This document shows positions 54,614 to 63,077 of a stretch of DNA of 64,000 nucleotides, in pieces. A model generated the notes under the pieces. It was not told where the DNA came from and ran no database searches. It saw only the letters and a program-made list of their open reading frames with translations. The DNA is from an uncultured Candidatus Saccharibacteria bacterium. Lineage in GTDB: Bacteria; Patescibacteriota; Minisyncoccia; Phycocordibacterales; SBAW01. The translations under genes and the position numbers were made by a program. Each line of letters starts with the position of its first letter. The stretch's first letter is position 1. Where the stretch lies: positions 143,235 through 207,234 of the forward strand of contig CAZTNI010000003.1 of assembly GCA_964615415.1 (NCBI GenBank), written 5' to 3'.

Positions 54614-55336
54614 TTACGCCTCCGTTGTTGGTTCGAGGATAAGCTTTGAGAGTGCGTGTGCTGCGGGCTTGTAGAGCCCGGGCATGGCGTTTTTGGTGAG
54701 CCATTCTTGCACGGCTTCATCCCCGATCACTAGGTCTTCCGCGAAGCCTCTTTCCGTAAAGTCTTCGAGGCCCAAGTAGGGCGGTGATGTATCGTTCCCG
54801 CCTCCTAAGTGGAAGGGGTCGAACAGAGGACCTTTCTCGGTCTCAAGCTTGCCATCAAGTTTGTCGTCGTGCAGATATATCGACTGTTCGAGTTGTAGGT
54901 ACTGGGAGGTAGGGAGTGTCAGGATTTTACCGTTGTTACTGATTACGGACTCACTGCTCGTCCATACCACCTCTTCGCCTTCAAGTACTGCTAGGCGGAG
55001 CATCCGGTGAGGAAAGGTGTCGACGCCGTGTGAGTGGAAGGTGTGCGGCATCTGGATCACGTAGTGGATGAGAATAAACTCCCCCTTCTTCCCTTTAAGC
55101 TGTTCTTCGAGTGTGCGGTACTTGGCCGTCAGTTCCTCGAGCTTCTCAACACCGTGCATGCGGATGACCATGTCGACGTATCGGTCGCCGGTCGTCTCAC
55201 CCTGGGCGAGCCGCTCTCGGAGCTCTGTGACGACCTTGTACTTGTCGGTACCGAGTTCTTTCAGCTTCTTGTTGAGGATATTCTCCTCAACGGTTAGGTC
55301 GCTTATCGTCCGTCGCAATTCTTGAATCGAGGACAT
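54614..55336 (-). CDS. Hypothetical protein (240 aa)
   Basis: It is a long ORF with a coiled-coil N-terminus. I recognised no family. Confidence 0.5.
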   Translation of the reverse strand: MSSIQELRRTISDLTVEENILNKKLKELGTDKYKVVTELRERLAQGETTGDRYVDMVIRMHGVEKLEELTAKYRTLEEQLKGKKGEFILIHYVIQMPHTFHSHGVDTFPHRMLRLAVLEGEEVVWTSSESVISNNGKILTLPTSQYLQLEQSIYLHDDKLDGKLETEKGPLFDPFHLGGGNDTSPPYLGLEDFTERGFAEDLVIGDEAVQEWLTKNAMPGLYKPAAHALSKLILEPTTEA

Positions 55337-55400
55337 ACATCCCTCCTGTATTGGTTCTGTCCGTTGGTCAGGGTACTAAATTGAGGGGTGGTAGTAAAGC

Positions 55401-55435
55401 AAAAAAATCCCGCTTCGCCAGTGGGGCGAAGCGGG
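55401..55435 (-). terminator. Terminator CCCGCTTCGCC-agtgg-GGCGAAGCGGG (minus-strand T-run); the stem is shared with the one at 56467
   Basis: An 11-bp stem is followed on the minus strand by TTTTTTTGC. Confidence 0.7.
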
Positions 55436-55443
55436 ATGATGTG

Positions 55444-56385
55444 TTACGCAGCCGCACTAGCAGCTGGGAGGTTTGCGATATTAATGTCTGCCCCAAGCTC
55501 CTTGAGGTAGCTTTTGTGGATGATCAAGAGGTCGTGGTGGCGCCGCACCACTTGTGTAGGAATCTCAGGGTCGTAGAGTTCCCAGTCCAGCGCACCTTCC
55601 GCGTTTACAGCTGCCTCATTTGGAGGAGGTGGAATAGGGCGCATGCACACGAACCCAAGCTTCTTCGAAATTCCGTATACAGGAGTCGAGTCCCACGGCG
55701 TCTCATTCCCCCGTGGGATTAAGAGTGCCGCAGTCTCGCCCTTCCAAAGTCGTGCAGCCCATATACCGATGCTACCACCCTCCACCTCGTAGTTCTTGAA
55801 TGCCTTGAGGCTTTTGCGAGAAATAGGGGTGTACAGACGCTCGGGCGGGTCGCGAAGCAATGCATATCGCGCACTGAGTGGCTGAGAGCTTTTGCCCTGC
55901 AGCTCTTCCGCAGTATCGAACTCGGTAATACGGTGTACCCTGTCAGAGCCGGGCCGATAACCGTAGATCTCCTGCGTGTTGATGTCGCCGATGTACGCAG
56001 AGACAACCTCCCCGCTTTCTTCGTCGACCAGAGCGATCATAGTTCCGACACCGTGCGACTGCCGGCGCACAAACGCCTTGGTGCCGTCGAGCGGGTCGAC
56101 CGTAAAGTACAACCCGTTCATGCTCTTTTCGTGCACACCGTCTTCCTCTGCGATGATCCCGTAACCCGGGAAGCATTCGCGGATGGCGCGGAGGTACACC
56201 TCCTGCGCCTTCTTGTCCGCCGACGTGAGTATGTCATCCATCGCGCCGCTGTAACCAATCTTGAGCTGTGACTCAAAAGTGGCACGTTCAGCACGGATGA
56301 TAACGATCGCACGCCGCACCGTCTCTTTCATGAGTCGTCCGACGGCATGACCGTTGAGGTTCCCTAAGCGATGTTCGTATGACAA
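55444..56385 (-). CDS. Inositol monophosphatase family protein (IMPase/CysQ-like phosphatase)
   Basis: The motifs FTVDPLDGTKAF (DPxDGT), AEEDG and WDxxA-like are present. The protein is 313 aa. Confidence 0.75.
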   Translation of the reverse strand: MSYEHRLGNLNGHAVGRLMKETVRRAIVIIRAERATFESQLKIGYSGAMDDILTSADKKAQEVYLRAIRECFPGYGIIAEEDGVHEKSMNGLYFTVDPLDGTKAFVRRQSHGVGTMIALVDEESGEVVSAYIGDINTQEIYGYRPGSDRVHRITEFDTAEELQGKSSQPLSARYALLRDPPERLYTPISRKSLKAFKNYEVEGGSIGIWAARLWKGETAALLIPRGNETPWDSTPVYGISKKLGFVCMRPIPPPPNEAAVNAEGALDWELYDPEIPTQVVRRHHDLLIIHKSYLKELGADINIANLPAASAAA

Positions 56386-56466
56386 ATATCGTTCCTTTCT
56401 TTTACGTTACTGTTTCCAAATTAATAATAACACTTTTTTATAGTTTGTAAATATGTGCATGAGTAA

Positions 56467-56499
56467 TAAAAAACCGCTTCGCCAAGGTGGCGAAGCGGG
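56467..56499 (-). terminator. Terminator CCGCTTCGCCA-agg-TGGCGAAGCGG (minus-strand T-run); near-duplicate of the one at 55401
   Basis: An 11-bp stem is followed on the minus strand by TTTTTTATTAC. Confidence 0.7.
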
Positions 56500-56503
56500 A
56501 TGA

Positions 56504-57316
56504 TTAGGATGCTTGGGCGACAGTGCGAGACGCGACTGATGTGCGCACCTGCTCAAGCAATTCTTCAGAGGTGTAGCGCCGCCGCACGATCGGCTGCCAT
56601 GGCGTGGGTTCAGGACTCTTCCACGGACAGCATGTTCGGACCCACCCCAGGTACTTCATTTCTTCACCCGTTTCCGGGTTAACCCTAGTGTAGTGGAGCA
56701 TCATTCCATTCGGGATCTTGTTTGCGGCGTTATGGCCCCGGATCTCCACGAACTGCTCTGGAGTCCAGCGTTCATGGAGCGAACGGGCGACCCACATGTT
56801 GTCCCCGTGGTTGACCACGACCACTGCCTCCATGTTTCCGCATTCGCGATGGAGTGTGTCGAGGAACAGCCGCAGGCGGATGGTGACATCCGCGTATGAC
56901 TCTCCCCGATCAGGACGAAAATTGAACAGGTCGAGCTCTGGTGCACGATTCCGTATTTTCGAGAGCCATTCTTTACGTTCCGGAACCGACATGTCTTCGA
57001 GAATGCCGCCACTGCGTTCGCGGATATTGTTCTCGATGAACCATTCTGCGTCTGGAAGGCCGAGCAATCCGGCTGTTTGCTTCGCTCGGTTGAAACTCGA
57101 CGTGTACCAGCGCTCGAACTTGAATCCTTGCGCTATGAGCCACTCGCCGCTTGCGCGAGCCTGCGTTTCGCCAAGCGACGTCAATGCTGCGTGCGAGGAA
57201 GGTCTGTTGATGACCTCCTCAAACATGGACATGTCGCCCTTCTCGTATGCGAGCTTGCCAGCCTGATTACGTTCAGACTGACCGTGACGCACATATATTA
57301 AATGCCTCGGAAGCAT
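56504..57316 (-). CDS. Histidine phosphatase superfamily protein (phosphoglycerate mutase-like, branch 1)
   Basis: The N-terminal catalytic motif is RHGQSERN. The protein is 270 aa. An AAGAGG RBS is present. Confidence 0.7.
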   Translation of the reverse strand: MLPRHLIYVRHGQSERNQAGKLAYEKGDMSMFEEVINRPSSHAALTSLGETQARASGEWLIAQGFKFERWYTSSFNRAKQTAGLLGLPDAEWFIENNIRERSGGILEDMSVPERKEWLSKIRNRAPELDLFNFRPDRGESYADVTIRLRLFLDTLHRECGNMEAVVVVNHGDNMWVARSLHERWTPEQFVEIRGHNAANKIPNGMMLHYTRVNPETGEEMKYLGWVRTCCPWKSPEPTPWQPIVRRRYTSEELLEQVRTSVASRTVAQAS

Positions 57317-57359
57317 TTCAACCTCTTTCTTTTGTTAGAGTCCTTCTACTTTGAAGCTA

Positions 57360-58007
57360 CTACTTCTGCCAAGGAATTTCAAATTGCTCGAAGTCCGGGA
57401 GAATTTTTTTGTCGTAGAGCAGGCGCGAGATAACCTCTGCGTGGCTCTTGGCTCCGGTCAGTGCATTGTGTGGGGTCGGCTCTTCCGGGATGCCACAGTA
57501 GACCAAGATCGCGTCGAGGTCTAAGGCGGAGCGTTTCTTTTCTGGGTCGAGTGGCGGAGTGATCCCCTTTTTGATCATGTGCATCCAGGCAAGGGAGTGA
57601 CTGTCGATGGTGCGGTGTGCAAAGGGCCAGTCCGTGTGTCCTGCACGAGCGGCAGCGTACTTTAAAAAGTCGCGATCAAACGACGGGTTTTGTCCCGCGA
57701 AAGTGTGGTCATCGCTCTGGAGTGCCCATGCAATAAATTTGTGCACCAAGTCTGCCTCGCTCTGTTTTTTCTGATCAGTCGCCTGCTCCACGGTAAAGCC
57801 GTTTACCGCAAGCGCCTCGTCTTCAATCTTTGCGCCATCCCACGCGCGACACTCTTCGTAAAACTGTCGCGAAGGATTACTAAGGTCCACCGCCCCAACG
57901 CTTAAAATAGAGTGCTTATGCGCCTCTGTACCTGAAGATTCAACATCAACTGCAATCATGCAGGTATTGTAGCGTATAAGAGACGCGGTTACCCGTACTT
58001 GACTCAT
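57360..58007 (-). CDS. DEDDh-type 3'-5' exonuclease domain protein (DnaQ/RNase T/oligoribonuclease-like), stand-alone
   Basis: The Exo I motif is IAVDVESSG and the Exo III-like motif is HNALTGAKSHAE. The protein is 215 aa. Confidence 0.65.
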   Translation of the reverse strand: MSQVRVTASLIRYNTCMIAVDVESSGTEAHKHSILSVGAVDLSNPSRQFYEECRAWDGAKIEDEALAVNGFTVEQATDQKKQSEADLVHKFIAWALQSDDHTFAGQNPSFDRDFLKYAAARAGHTDWPFAHRTIDSHSLAWMHMIKKGITPPLDPEKKRSALDLDAILVYCGIPEEPTPHNALTGAKSHAEVISRLLYDKKILPDFEQFEIPWQK

Positions 58008-58086
58008 GCATTAATAGATGTTATTGTTTTTCTGGACGCAGGAATTCGATAGCGTCGTATTCCACAAACCCAGAAAGGAACATCTG

Positions 58087-59463
58087 ATGACATCAGGCGT
58101 TTGGATAGTCATAGGGGTGGGCGTTGTTGCCCTCCTCTTCATTTCGCTTCTCATTTCGGTTCTCTATCGCAGCGTTGTTGCGACGAACATGGTCCATATC
58201 GTGCAGTCGCACGGCAAAACCACGTCGTATGGCTCCGGCCTCGAGGCCGGCAATGTCTATTATCGGTGGCCGCGTTGGCTGCCGCGTATCGGCGTCACCG
58301 TGATCGCGCTTCCGGTCTCGAACTTCGATCTCTCGCTCGAGAGTTACGAGGCGTATGACCAGGATCGGGTGCCGTTCATGGTCGATGTCACCGCTTTCTT
58401 CCGTATCAAAGATACGGACAAGGCGGCTCAGCGTGTCGAGAGTATCGAGGAACTTAAGGCACAGCTCCGGCAAATCGTGCAGGGTGCTGTCCGCAAGATC
58501 CTCGCCTCTTCCGACATCGACACCATCATGACGCAGCGCTCCGAGTTCGGCGAGCAGTTCACCCAAGAGGTGGATGATCAGCTCGCCGAATGGGGCGTCG
58601 AAACCGTGAAGTCCATGGAGCTCATGGACATTCGCGATTCGAAAGACAGCAAGGTCATCGCCAACATCATGGCGAAGAAGACCTCCCACATCGAGAAGGA
58701 AAGCCGTGTCGAGGTTGCCCAGAACAGACGGGCTGCCGAGACGGCGGAGATCGAGGCTCGCCAGGCGGTCGATATCCGGGCGCAGGAGGCCCAGCAGGCC
58801 GTCGGCGAACGGACAGCGCAGAAGGATCAAGCGGTCGGTATTGCCAACGAGCAGTCCCGGCAGCATGTTCTTGCTGAAGCAAGGGAGACCAGGTCGCGAG
58901 ACATGGAAGTCCGGCGCGTCGAGATCGTCAAGCAGGCAGAGATCACGAGAGATGAACAACTCGTGGCTGCCGAACAGGACCGGCAGACTACCGTCATTCG
59001 CGCCGAGGGCAACCTCGAAGCGAAGAGGCGTGAAGCGCAGGGTATCCAGGTCGAGGGCGAGGCCAAGGCTGCGGCCGAGCAGGCTATCCTGCTTGCTCCG
59101 GTCGAGGCTCAGATCAAGCTCGCCAAGGAAATCGGCTCGAATGGTGGATACCAGAGCTATCTGGTTACACTCGAAGGCGTGAAGGCCTACACTGTCGTCG
59201 GCACTGCTCAGGCGGAAGCTCTGCAGAAGGCCGACATCAAGGTCATCGCAAATGCCGGCAATCCAACCGAAGGAGTGAAGTCCGTCATGGATCTTCTCTC
59301 CTCCAAGGGCGGCACGGCACTCGGCTCGATGGTGGAAGCCATGGCGCAGACGCCGATGGGCGAAGCAGTCCTGTCTCGGCTTGGGGTCAAGGAATCGGCA
59401 CCGACGCCTCACAAGGCGAATGGTGCTGACCCTACAGCTCCCTCAACTTCCACGCCGCAGTAG
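58087..59463 (+). CDS. SPFH/band-7 (flotillin-like) membrane protein with a long Glu/Ala/Gln-rich coiled coil
   Basis: It has an N-terminal TM helix, an SPFH domain and an extended coiled coil. It is GC-rich. A terminator lies at 59490-59522. Confidence 0.75.
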   Translation: MTSGVWIVIGVGVVALLFISLLISVLYRSVVATNMVHIVQSHGKTTSYGSGLEAGNVYYRWPRWLPRIGVTVIALPVSNFDLSLESYEAYDQDRVPFMVDVTAFFRIKDTDKAAQRVESIEELKAQLRQIVQGAVRKILASSDIDTIMTQRSEFGEQFTQEVDDQLAEWGVETVKSMELMDIRDSKDSKVIANIMAKKTSHIEKESRVEVAQNRRAAETAEIEARQAVDIRAQEAQQAVGERTAQKDQAVGIANEQSRQHVLAEARETRSRDMEVRRVEIVKQAEITRDEQLVAAEQDRQTTVIRAEGNLEAKRREAQGIQVEGEAKAAAEQAILLAPVEAQIKLAKEIGSNGGYQSYLVTLEGVKAYTVVGTAQAEALQKADIKVIANAGNPTEGVKSVMDLLSSKGGTALGSMVEAMAQTPMGEAVLSRLGVKESAPTPHKANGADPTAPSTSTPQ

Positions 59464-59525
59464 GTTGCGTGGAACGTATAACATCAGTCAAGCGGGCTCT
59501 TCGGAGCCCGCTTTTTTCTTTGTAT

Positions 59526-59786
59526 TTAAATCTCTCCGACGATGCGACGGACGGCGGCGTCCATTTTTGTAATAAGACGGTGGAGGCCGGGGTACTTGCT
59601 CGTGCGTCGTTCAATATAGTCGCGCAGCGTAAGCGAAACGAGCGAAAACAGGATGAGTGCTATAGCGACGAAGATGAATCCTGGAATGATAGGTAGCAAA
59701 AAGCCCACCGCGCCTAGCATTAAAAAGAGGGTTGCTGCGATGATGATGAATCCACGTTTTACTTGTCGCTTCATGTATAAATACAT
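59526..59786 (-). CDS. Small two-TM membrane protein, DUF454/YbaN-like
   Basis: GAVGFLLPIIPGFIFVAIAL resembles the YbaN LPxLPTTPF region. The start may be the internal M5. Confidence 0.5.
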   Translation of the reverse strand: MYLYMKRQVKRGFIIIAATLFLMLGAVGFLLPIIPGFIFVAIALILFSLVSLTLRDYIERRTSKYPGLHRLITKMDAAVRRIVGEI

Positions 59787-59789
59787 TTC

Positions 59790-59993
59790 CTACTCGCCCG
59801 AGGTCTCGGGTGCAGGATGTATGACGAGCCCAGCCGTATTTTCTTGCAGGGCGGAGAGCCTTCCTAAACCGAACGCCCCTACCCCAACGAGGACGATAAT
59901 AAGGGGGATAAGCAGCCTATCAAGCCAGATCTTGCCAGTTTTAAGCTTGTCTGCTATCATGTGGCAACTATAGCATAAAGCGTTATGGCACAT
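59790..59993 (-). CDS. Possible small membrane protein (start uncertain)
   Basis: A hydrophobic helix [18 protein letters not shown] is present. There is no clear RBS. Confidence 0.3.
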   Translation of the reverse strand: MCHNALCYSCHMIADKLKTGKIWLDRLLIPLIIVLVGVGAFGLGRLSALQENTAGLVIHPAPETSGE

Positions 59994-60263
59994 AAAAAGG
60001 CGGGCGGTACAGCGAAAAACCTAACAGATTCAAAGCCAAAATTCCTTGGCGTGAAGCTTTTTGCTGGTCAAAAAGCTAAGCGTGGCGACATTATTATCCG
60101 CCAGCGCGGCACTCGCGTTATGGCAGGAGCACATGTGGGTATGGGCAAGGACCACACACTCTTTGCTCTCGAAGAAGGTGTTGTAGCCTTCCGCACCGCG
60201 CGCAAAACGAACTTCAATGGTTCAAAAACGGTGCGCTCGGTAGTCGACATTAAGACTAAATAA
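59985..60263 (+). CDS. rpmA: 50S ribosomal protein L27
   Basis: The sequence [12 protein letters not shown]...[26 protein letters not shown] is characteristic. Confidence 0.9.
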   Translation: MAHKKAGGTAKNLTDSKPKFLGVKLFAGQKAKRGDIIIRQRGTRVMAGAHVGMGKDHTLFALEEGVVAFRTARKTNFNGSKTVRSVVDIKTK

Positions 60264-60271
60264 CTCTCACC

Positions 60272-60302
60272 AAAAACCCCGCATCAAGCGGGGTTTTTGT
60301 TT
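60272..60302. terminator. Bidirectional terminator AAAAACCCCGC-atcaa-GCGGGGTTTTTG shared by rpmA and the convergent KGG gene
   Basis: The hairpin is flanked by A5 and T5. Confidence 0.7.
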
Positions 60303-60474
60303 ATCGTGCCGATCCTCCTTTCCGTCCAGCTTCAGCCGCTTTCCGTCGGTCATTTGCAAAATTGCCAGGATTGTTCTGTTTGCCTTGGCTCCTGCCACCA
60401 AGCGACGCTATCTCTCGGCGCCTTTGTGAGTCCATCGAGGCGAACCCGCGTCCACTCCCCCTACCCTGTGTCAT
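60301..60474 (-). CDS. KGG-repeat general stress protein (YciG/GsiB-like)
   Basis: RGSGRGFAS...GGRSQGKQNNPGNFANDRRKAAEAGRKGG matches the stress-induced KGG repeat. The start is taken at the internal MTQGRG; the ORF track's upstream M is unsupported. Confidence 0.6.
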   Translation of the reverse strand: MTQGRGSGRGFASMDSQRRREIASLGGRSQGKQNNPGNFANDRRKAAEAGRKGGSAR

Positions 60475-60557
60475 ATCCCAGTTTTTATTGATGTGGTTAG
60501 TCGTGACTAATGTTCGACCTACCCGCATATCGTACAAAGAAAGGAATGAACCCTGTG

Positions 60558-61001
60558 TTAAGCAGCTGTGATCACCACGGTGACAGCGCTTTTCACTGTC
60601 TTGCTGTGTAGCTCGACACTGTGTTCGCCTAAGGTTTTGATGTGCACTGCAGATGCAATTGAAGTCTCTGGTATCTCGAGCGAGTGTTCAGCGCGGATCG
60701 CTTTTGCAATATCTTTTGCGGTAATAGATTTAAACAGTCCGCCTTTTTCGGTAGCGCGCGCCGTTATCGTAATCTGTTTCCCACGCAGCATCTTAATTTT
60801 ATTGCCGAGCTGCTCCTCTTGTTTTGCGAGCTCTGCTTCGTGTGCAGCTACTTTTGCGGCATGTTCAGCTAGCTTGTCGGGTGTTGCGGGGACGGCGAGC
60901 TTGTTCGGGAAGAGGAAGTTATTCGCGTATCCTTCCGAGACCTCCTTTACTTCCCCGTGTTGGCCGATCTTCCGCACGTCCTTCAGTAGTATGACTTTCA
61001 T
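60558..61001 (-). CDS. rplI: 50S ribosomal protein L9
   Basis: The sequence MKVILLKDVRKIGQHGEVKEVSEGYANNFLFP is characteristic. Confidence 0.9.
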   Translation of the reverse strand: MKVILLKDVRKIGQHGEVKEVSEGYANNFLFPNKLAVPATPDKLAEHAAKVAAHEAELAKQEEQLGNKIKMLRGKQITITARATEKGGLFKSITAKDIAKAIRAEHSLEIPETSIASAVHIKTLGEHSVELHSKTVKSAVTVVITAA

Positions 61002-61102
61002 ATTGCAGACACTATAGCACGAACTCGTGTGGGGTTAATTGACATTCAGTGCATATATTGTAATTTAGTATCGGTGTAACCGGGATCATAAGGAGGTTTC
61101 CA

Positions 61103-61873
61103 ATGGTATCCCAGGAGATCTTTGTTATCGACTATGCGCCCGAGGTTGATGCTCAGTCAGCCAAGGCAGCGCAGGTGCTCCGTGCCAAGGCTACGCTCGC
61201 GGAGAACCTGGGCCTTACTGCCCAGGTTGCGACACTGAACCAGGAGATTGCTGTGCTCGAGCGCGGCAACAGGCTTTCGCTTCAGGCGCTCACACCGGGC
61301 GAACTTGCTGTCTGGCGGGAGTGGCTTCCTACTTCATACAGGGAAAACGACGCCCCCAGAGGACATGGGCAGTCAGATCTGCTCAAAGTGTACTCTTTCG
61401 ATCGTATCCCGCAGCCGGTTCTTCGGAAGTGGAACGCTCTCAAGGAGAAAAACATCTTTGATCGTTTCGAGATCTGGACTCCTGAAAGGCAGACGATTGA
61501 CGACCCTGCGCTGGTTGGCGTGATCGGCAACGCATACTACATGGTCACCCGCTGGGGCGAGTCCGATGCTAACCTGCTCTCCTTCGAAGATATTCGTCGC
61601 AAGGTGTTGCGGCGAATTGTATTCAGTTTCGAGAGAATGTTTCTCCCTCTGTTTCTGATTGCCGCAATTGCAGGCCTTGTGGGTTGGGGGGCAGCTGCTG
61701 CGCTCATCTCGCTTTTTCAGGGTTCTCAGGAAATGGCGCCTTGGGGTGCTGCCTTTGCTGCCTTCGGGGCGGTAGTTGCCTGCTTCTGGGCTGTGTGGAA
61801 TGAGCCCAACACTCGTCTGATTCGGCAGGCTCGTCAGGTCGATCGAGAACTTGAACCTGCAAGTGCATCGTAA
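61103..61873 (+). CDS. Hypothetical protein with C-terminal TM helices (256 aa), GC-rich
   Basis: A strong RBS AAGGAGG is present. A bidirectional terminator lies at 61877-61908. Confidence 0.55.
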   Translation: MVSQEIFVIDYAPEVDAQSAKAAQVLRAKATLAENLGLTAQVATLNQEIAVLERGNRLSLQALTPGELAVWREWLPTSYRENDAPRGHGQSDLLKVYSFDRIPQPVLRKWNALKEKNIFDRFEIWTPERQTIDDPALVGVIGNAYYMVTRWGESDANLLSFEDIRRKVLRRIVFSFERMFLPLFLIAAIAGLVGWGAAAALISLFQGSQEMAPWGAAFAAFGAVVACFWAVWNEPNTRLIRQARQVDRELEPASAS

Positions 61874-61905
61874 AACAGCCGGTCCCCAAAGGGGACCGGC
61901 TTTTC

Positions 61906-62361
61906 TTATAGGAACTGCTGTAATTCTGCTGCGGTTGGAAACGTGCCACCTGGATGGTCTTCCTCTCCGCCTCCCCACCCCGCGCAGTGTGGTGCTTCGT
62001 GGAGTACAAGTACTGCATTGATATACCACTCTGGAGGCTCTCCCCAGAGATATACAAAACAGAGGTTAAGTATTTGGGTACGGCACCCAGCAATTGTCTC
62101 GCCGCGAGGAGCTTCGTCTTGGCAAAAGTCTGGCCACTCGCTCCTGTGTGCAACAGTCTGCACAATTACCAATCCTTGGTCTAACAGGGTACGACCTTCA
62201 GAGAGGTATAGCTCCGGAGCAACTTGCCAGCGCACCTTAATGCCTTCAAAAAGCACATAGTCCCCTTTGCTGTCTCGCAGCACCTCTTGCGCGTGAGATG
62301 TTCCTGCAAACGAACAGAAAAGCATGAGCGAAGCAAAGGTACTCTTTAAGCTTTTACGCAT
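61906..62361 (-). CDS. Secreted Cys-rich hypothetical protein (signal peptide)
   Basis: The N-terminal signal is MRKSLKSTFASLMLFCSFAGTSHA. Confidence 0.5.
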   Translation of the reverse strand: MRKSLKSTFASLMLFCSFAGTSHAQEVLRDSKGDYVLFEGIKVRWQVAPELYLSEGRTLLDQGLVIVQTVAHRSEWPDFCQDEAPRGETIAGCRTQILNLCFVYLWGEPPEWYINAVLVLHEAPHCAGWGGGEEDHPGGTFPTAAELQQFL

Positions 62362-62491
62362 CTTTAGCCTCCTTTTTCATGGCTCCGCCGCGAGCCTGTT
62401 CCTATGCTATTCAACACTAAAAAAAGTTTCTGTCAATCTGCTTCCTAAAAAGAAAGACCGCACCTTTTGAGGGGTGCGGTCGAGGTCAACC

Positions 62492-62998
62492 CTAAAGCGG
62501 GTTGACGAGTGTAGCCGGGTCGATGACCCAGCGCTCGTCGGGGACGGGGCTCGTGCGGCCGCCGGGCGGCTGGAGCGTCGTCCAATGCCCCAGCATGCGG
62601 TCGGTCCTCTCGGCGAGAACTGCCTGCTGGTCGTAGTACGTAGCCCGGTCGTACCAGGCCAGGTAGAACCCGTTGTACTGGGCCAGCAGAGTGTCGTAGG
62701 TCGCCTGGTTCTCCGGAGCGACACCCCACGTACCGTCGGCGCGGAGTGTGTAGAGTTCGCTCATGTCCGCAGTGATGTTCCGGATCAGTCGCTCATTCGT
62801 TGCGATGCCGTTCTGTTCCGCCTGGAACCATGCCGGCGTGCCCGGGTCGAGGGTAACGGCCGTCGTGGCCGGCGCCCGCGTGTTGTTGTAGACGATGACG
62901 GCAACGCCGCCCAAGATGATCGCCATGATGAGAAGTAGAGTCTTCCGGAATCGCAGCACTCCCCACTGGGAGGAGGTAGCAGCAGCTCGGCCATTCAT
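62492..62998 (-). CDS. Membrane-anchored hypothetical protein, GC-rich (about 65%)
   Basis: It has a TM helix LLLIMAIILGGVAVIVY. A minus-strand terminator lies at 62446-62481. The overlapping plus-strand ORF is Arg-rich antisense. Confidence 0.5.
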   Translation of the reverse strand: MNGRAAATSSQWGVLRFRKTLLLIMAIILGGVAVIVYNNTRAPATTAVTLDPGTPAWFQAEQNGIATNERLIRNITADMSELYTLRADGTWGVAPENQATYDTLLAQYNGFYLAWYDRATYYDQQAVLAERTDRMLGHWTTLQPPGGRTSPVPDERWVIDPATLVNPL

Positions 62999-63077
62999 CT
63001 AGTAGTGCTCCTGTTTCGTTGGAAACCACAGTGACTTCCGAAACAACACTAGCACAATTTTTACCACTGTCAACTCT

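Noticed and set aside
58093-59412. 439-aa minus-strand ORF
   Set aside because: It is the Leu/Asp/Arg-rich antisense of the flotillin/SPFH gene. The plus frame has a TM helix, an SPFH domain and a coiled coil.
62474-62938. 154-aa plus-strand ORF
   Set aside because: It is an Arg-rich antisense of a GC-rich minus-strand membrane protein gene.
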